Of a stretch of 61,770 nt of DNA, positions 58,367-61,770 are shown piece after piece. Position numbers and translations under genes: made by a program. Where the stretch lies: positions 1-61,770 of the IMG/VR virus record IMGVR_UViG_3300023301_000009. One strand, 5' to 3'. The stretch's first letter is position 1; each line of letters begins with the position of its first letter. Origin of the DNA: a virus. Taxonomy: Duplodnaviria > Caudoviricetes. The notes beneath the pieces are model-generated. The model was not told the origin of the DNA. It worked only from the letters and a program-made list of their open reading frames with translations, and made no database searches.

Positions 58367-58612
58367 TTATTTGATAGCCAGCGAGTATATACGCGTAGCG
58401 CCATCGGCTGCTGCTTTTATTCTCGTTCTATACGCACCCAACTCGACGTGCGCGTGTACTTTTCTCGGCCCGCCTGTTGAACTAATCTTAATCCCGATAA
58501 TCAGCTCCTCCCACCCATGGTCCTTTGCCTTTTTCATGTAGGCTTCCAGCTCGGGCACCAGCTCCTCAGTAGTGCATGACACTACTACGTCAATTATCAT
58601 TTCAGGTTTCAT
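58367..58612 (-). CDS. hypothetical protein
   Basis: Coupled to the folE stop. Confidence 0.55.
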   Translation of the reverse strand: MKPEMIIDVVVSCTTEELVPELEAYMKKAKDHGWEELIIGIKISSTGGPRKVHAHVELGAYRTRIKAAADGATRIYSLAIK

Positions 58613-59154
58613 GTATGCTTCCTTTGCGCCATCTGCACAAGCTGGAGGAATTCATTTTTGTCTATGTTCCCTCGAATAGCATGAGTCGTTGTGTTTGAAT
58701 GCGGGTCTTCTACGCCTCGAATTGACATGCATAGGTGCTCGGCTGTCATCACCACGCAAACCCCCAGCGGCTCCAGCTCTTTGAACAGGTGGTCTACAAT
58801 TTGTACGGTCAACCTCTCCTGAATCTGTAAGCGATGTGCGAAGTGCCGAACAACCCTTGGTATCTTCGATAGGCCAATCACCTTCTTACCTGGGATATAC
58901 CCGACGTGTGCGGTCCCAATAAATGGCAAAAGGTGGTGCTCACATAAAGAGTTGAACTGAATGTCTGTCAGCAACACCATTTCATCACAGTGCACGCCAT
59001 CCCTATCAGCGGGAAATGTAGTTAACTCAGGTGGTTCGTCATGTCGGACTAGCTCCTTCCACATACGTGCAACCCTAGCTGGGGTCTCCTTCAACCCCTC
59101 CCGCTCAGGATCTTCGCCAAGCTGTTGGAGCAACGTGTAAATTGTGCTCTCCAT
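58609..59154 (-). CDS. folE: GTP cyclohydrolase I
   Basis: REGLKETPARVA, SLCEHHLLPF.G..H.GYIP, GLSKIPR, RLQIQERLT, EHLCM..RGV. Confidence 0.97.
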   Translation of the reverse strand: MESTIYTLLQQLGEDPEREGLKETPARVARMWKELVRHDEPPELTTFPADRDGVHCDEMVLLTDIQFNSLCEHHLLPFIGTAHVGYIPGKKVIGLSKIPRVVRHFAHRLQIQERLTVQIVDHLFKELEPLGVCVVMTAEHLCMSIRGVEDPHSNTTTHAIRGNIDKNEFLQLVQMAQRKHT

Positions 59155-59156
59155 AA

Positions 59157-59603
59157 TTATTCTCCCTTCGATTTTTGGATAATCTGGGCTGTCCCGCTGA
59201 GAATCCGTTGCTCAGCCCGTTGGAAGAACTGCTTCTGCAACTGCCCCAGCTCTCCAATTACGCGTAGCGTACTAATTTGGTCTTGCACGTCTGCGCACAT
59301 GCGGAACACTTCATGTGGTGTGGCCCTGTGGTGTACGTCGACGTCTTCCAAGTTCATGATTGGGAGCACCGCCCCATTCTTATAACGCACCAAAAGTACA
59401 GCAGTTACAATATCAGATGCCGTTGCTTTTTCGGGGTCGACCTCGCCGTGCGGCTCATCGGGCATATCCTCCTGCGTGAACCACTCTCCCGGCGTAGGCT
59501 CTCCCTTCGGCTTTGCTTTACCTTCCGGCTGCGGCTGTTCCTCTTGTGCTGCGTCCGGCTCGTTCGCTGCGTTCCCTTCCCTGTACGGCGTTTCTTCACT
59601 CAT
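59157..59603 (-). CDS. hypothetical protein with acidic N-terminus
   Basis: 148 aa, operon packing. Confidence 0.6.
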   Translation of the reverse strand: MSEETPYREGNAANEPDAAQEEQPQPEGKAKPKGEPTPGEWFTQEDMPDEPHGEVDPEKATASDIVTAVLLVRYKNGAVLPIMNLEDVDVHHRATPHEVFRMCADVQDQISTLRVIGELGQLQKQFFQRAEQRILSGTAQIIQKSKGE

Positions 59604-59606
59604 ATC

Positions 59607-59918
59607 TTATACCTCAAATTTATATTCAACTTCGGTTAATTGACGGCTTGTGACTTTGCTGATGCTAACTTCGGTGTACATGCGCTCGTGCTTCTCGCTG
59701 AGATAACAGGTCAATTCATGCCACACGGCAAACACAACCTCCGCGCCAAACACGCCTTCCCTGCTGAAATCGTCGGTCCACCACTTCTGCAAAACTTCCT
59801 TGGCTTCTGCTATCCCAAGGATCTCCCCATTCTCAGGAAGTTCTTGACAAACAGCTTCAACCTCAAACGTGGCTACCGGATTAGAAAGCTGAACTAGGAC
59901 AACGACGGAAAATCTCAT
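59607..59918 (-). CDS. hypothetical protein, possible degenerate QueD-like T-fold
   Basis: Residue pattern parallels QueD but lacks the His/Cys ligands. Confidence 0.45.
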   Translation of the reverse strand: MRFSVVVLVQLSNPVATFEVEAVCQELPENGEILGIAEAKEVLQKWWTDDFSREGVFGAEVVFAVWHELTCYLSEKHERMYTEVSISKVTSRQLTEVEYKFEV

Positions 59919-59919
59919 C

Positions 59920-60603
59920 TTAGTCTAGCCCCATCACTTTGTGCATCTGGACCGACACGCGCCATGCGGGATTTTTGCAGATGAATTCGTAACAGTCCGT
60001 ATAATGCTGTGCGAGATTTTCATCGTCAACCGGCTGGACGTACTTATGCTCAGCGAGATGTGCGAAATCTGTGGGGTTGAATAGGGGGAATAGCACCTTA
60101 ACCTCATCGTAGTGTTGGTACACCGGCTGGGAAGGAGGCTTGGGTGATACCGTTACCCAGTCAGGCCGACCCTCTTTCGGCATCTTGTTCGTGCCATTGG
60201 TTTCAATGGACGTGAAGAATCCTGCTGCCTTCAAAGCCTGTACCAATTCGGTATCAACTTGCAGCGTTGGCTCGCCCCCTGTCAGGACAATCATCATGCT
60301 TTCTTTGTTCTCCTCCCCAAAATGCGTATTCCATACCCGTGTTGCCTGCTCCGCGATCTCAGCAGAAGTTTTTTTGCCCCCCTGAGCCGTAATATCACGC
60401 ATGGTAAATTTCGTATCACATATAGCAGCGCAACCGCCTTTCTCTTTGGCGTTCATCCCGCGCGTGGCCTCGTAGCCAGACCATATATTACAGCCTGTGA
60501 ACCGGATAAACACCGCAGCTCTACCGGCGTGAACACCTTCGCCCTGAAGGGTTGCAAATAAATCTACGACTATATACCTCTTAGCTTTTTCTTTACTCAT
60601 CAT
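59920..60603 (-). CDS. queE: 7-carboxy-7-deazaguanine synthase (radical SAM)
   Basis: FATLQGEG.HAGR.AVFIRFTGCN..C...CDT; LTGGEP; IETNGT; WVTVSPK; WRVSVQMHK. Confidence 0.93.
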   Translation of the reverse strand: MMSKEKAKRYIVVDLFATLQGEGVHAGRAAVFIRFTGCNIWSGYEATRGMNAKEKGGCAAICDTKFTMRDITAQGGKKTSAEIAEQATRVWNTHFGEENKESMMIVLTGGEPTLQVDTELVQALKAAGFFTSIETNGTNKMPKEGRPDWVTVSPKPPSQPVYQHYDEVKVLFPLFNPTDFAHLAEHKYVQPVDDENLAQHYTDCYEFICKNPAWRVSVQMHKVMGLD

Positions 60604-61051
60604 CTGTCCTTGCCAGTTGTTCCGGCGTCCACTCAAAATAATCTGCGTAGCAATTCGGAGTTTCGTGAATCCTCACTCGCGTCACCAGCAGTTGCGTTTG
60701 CTCAAGCTGTAGCTTGGCTACTCCAAATAACTCCTTCGCGATATTCTCCGCAGTGGGGTTGCCACTCAGCATTCGGTAGTGCTTCCACTTGTTCCTCTTG
60801 CACAGCTCTATCAACTCTCGGTCTTCGGTGTTGAGTATCACGCCGTGGTCCCAGCACTCGTCAATCCAACCCCCGATCTTCTCCTTGAGAATACTGAAGT
60901 CTATGACACGCCCAAGGCTGTCCAGCCCACTCATGTCTTGTACAAAAATTTCCGCAGCATACCTGTGCCCGTGCAGATTTTTACACTTGCTCTCGTGGCG
61001 CATCACACGATGAGCAGCATCGAACTCGATTCTCCGCATGATCTCAAACAT
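60593..61051 (-). CDS. queD: 6-carboxy-5,6,7,8-tetrahydropterin synthase
   Basis: FDAAHRV..CKNLHGHRY..G.VIDF..WDH..NPTAENIA..ETPNC. Confidence 0.95.
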   Translation of the reverse strand: MFEIMRRIEFDAAHRVMRHESKCKNLHGHRYAAEIFVQDMSGLDSLGRVIDFSILKEKIGGWIDECWDHGVILNTEDRELIELCKRNKWKHYRMLSGNPTAENIAKELFGVAKLQLEQTQLLVTRVRIHETPNCYADYFEWTPEQLARTDDE

Positions 61052-61343
61052 GGATACGCTCCCAGATCTCCTGCTCACTCTCAACGCGAAAGCGGAGGCC
61101 CGTTGTTTCCATACCTTGCACTTGCTCTTGGGTAAACTCAGGAATAAATACTAACTTTATCCCATTGTCTTCTCCCATACGTCGGGCGATAGCACACGCT
61201 TTTGTCATCTGATTTACTGCGCCTGCCCCAATGGCAACAATGGTTACTGTCTTTCCCTCTTGGAAATTCATAACTAGCGCTCCCGCTGCTCCGGGTGCGT
61301 GTGTGTCGCCTGCGACTTTAAGTTCTATGCTTTGTTTTGCCAT
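61044..61343 (-). CDS. spoVS: stage V sporulation protein S homologue (Alba-like fold)
   Basis: LKVA....AAGAL..AIGAGAVNQMTKACAIAR..G..L..IP.F....G.E.T. Confidence 0.88.
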   Translation of the reverse strand: MAKQSIELKVAGDTHAPGAAGALVMNFQEGKTVTIVAIGAGAVNQMTKACAIARRMGEDNGIKLVFIPEFTQEQVQGMETTGLRFRVESEQEIWERIHV

Positions 61344-61770
61344 CAGCTCATTTCTCGTTCTTTCTCGCGTCTCGAAATCTCGCGAGAGATTGCGTTGTAT
61401 TTCTTCTCGTATCCATCCAGCAGCGCGCCGATAATCTCAGCGTCATTCTTAATCTGCATTGCTTGGCGTTGCTTACTTCTCACAGCCCGATTCGCACCTG
61501 TAAGGTGCCTCTTGTCTGTAACATGCTTGTGCGAGTCGCTGGCGTAGCGCGCGTCAAACTCTTGGTCAGCCTCAAGCTGCGCTCGCCTTGCTGATGAACT
61601 AAACACCGCGAGCTGGAATCTGCAATAGGCAGCCAGCCCCGTCCAGTATGCAAGATGCTCGGATAGTGCATCACCACGTATATCACTTAGGTCGCTGGGG
61701 AATGCTAAATCTGTGGTTGGCTTGTTTGGGAAGGGTAACTTTTTGCCCTTGGCTAACTCCCTTGCTCGCT
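61343..61770 (-). CDS. 3' part of a helical phage protein (start outside window)
   Basis: Frame is open from the window edge (RARELAKGKK..FPSDLSDI..YWTGLAAY..AISREISRRE). Confidence 0.65.
   Translation of the reverse strand, partial: RARELAKGKKLPFPNKPTTDLAFPSDLSDIRGDALSEHLAYWTGLAAYCRFQLAVFSSSARRAQLEADQEFDARYASDSHKHVTDKRHLTGANRAVRSKQRQAMQIKNDAEIIGALLDGYEKKYNAISREISRREKEREMS

Noticed and set aside
1-61770. Stop-codon reassignment, introns/inteins, integrase or lysis cassette
   Set aside because: Core genes are intact under the standard code with normal lengths; no such elements were recognised in this window

Overview
This window is about 62 kb of a tailed dsDNA bacteriophage with a contractile tail. 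All credible genes are on the minus strand. In transcription order (right to left) there are five parts. (i) A 7-deazaguanine biosynthesis/DNA-modification cluster: SpoVS, QueD, QueE, FolE, two further QueD-like T-fold proteins, a nucleotidyltransferase, two glycosyltransferases, a TagF-like phosphotransferase and a TGT/DpdA-like transglycosylase with a C-terminal Cys4 extension, followed by RusA and CsrA. (ii) An early/accessory region of small ORFs driven by three near-identical sigma70 promoters. It carries seven copies of a covarying RNA hairpin motif, six of them overlapping ribosome-binding sites, and two tRNA-like mini-elements. (iii) A ~1.3 kb non-coding region with 68-bp tandem repeats. 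(iv) The head module: terminase, portal, a MuF/minor-capsid protein fused to a complete SNF2-type helicase, scaffold, N4-gp56-type capsid and neck proteins. (v) An eCIS-like contractile tail and baseplate module ending in a 1629-aa DUF6519-type fibre. The best candidates for undescribed biology are the MuF-helicase fusion, the deazaguanine-plus-sugar/phospho-alcohol modification cluster, and the RNA leader motif/tRNA-like element/CsrA regulatory system. All family calls come from visual motif recognition; no database searches were run.
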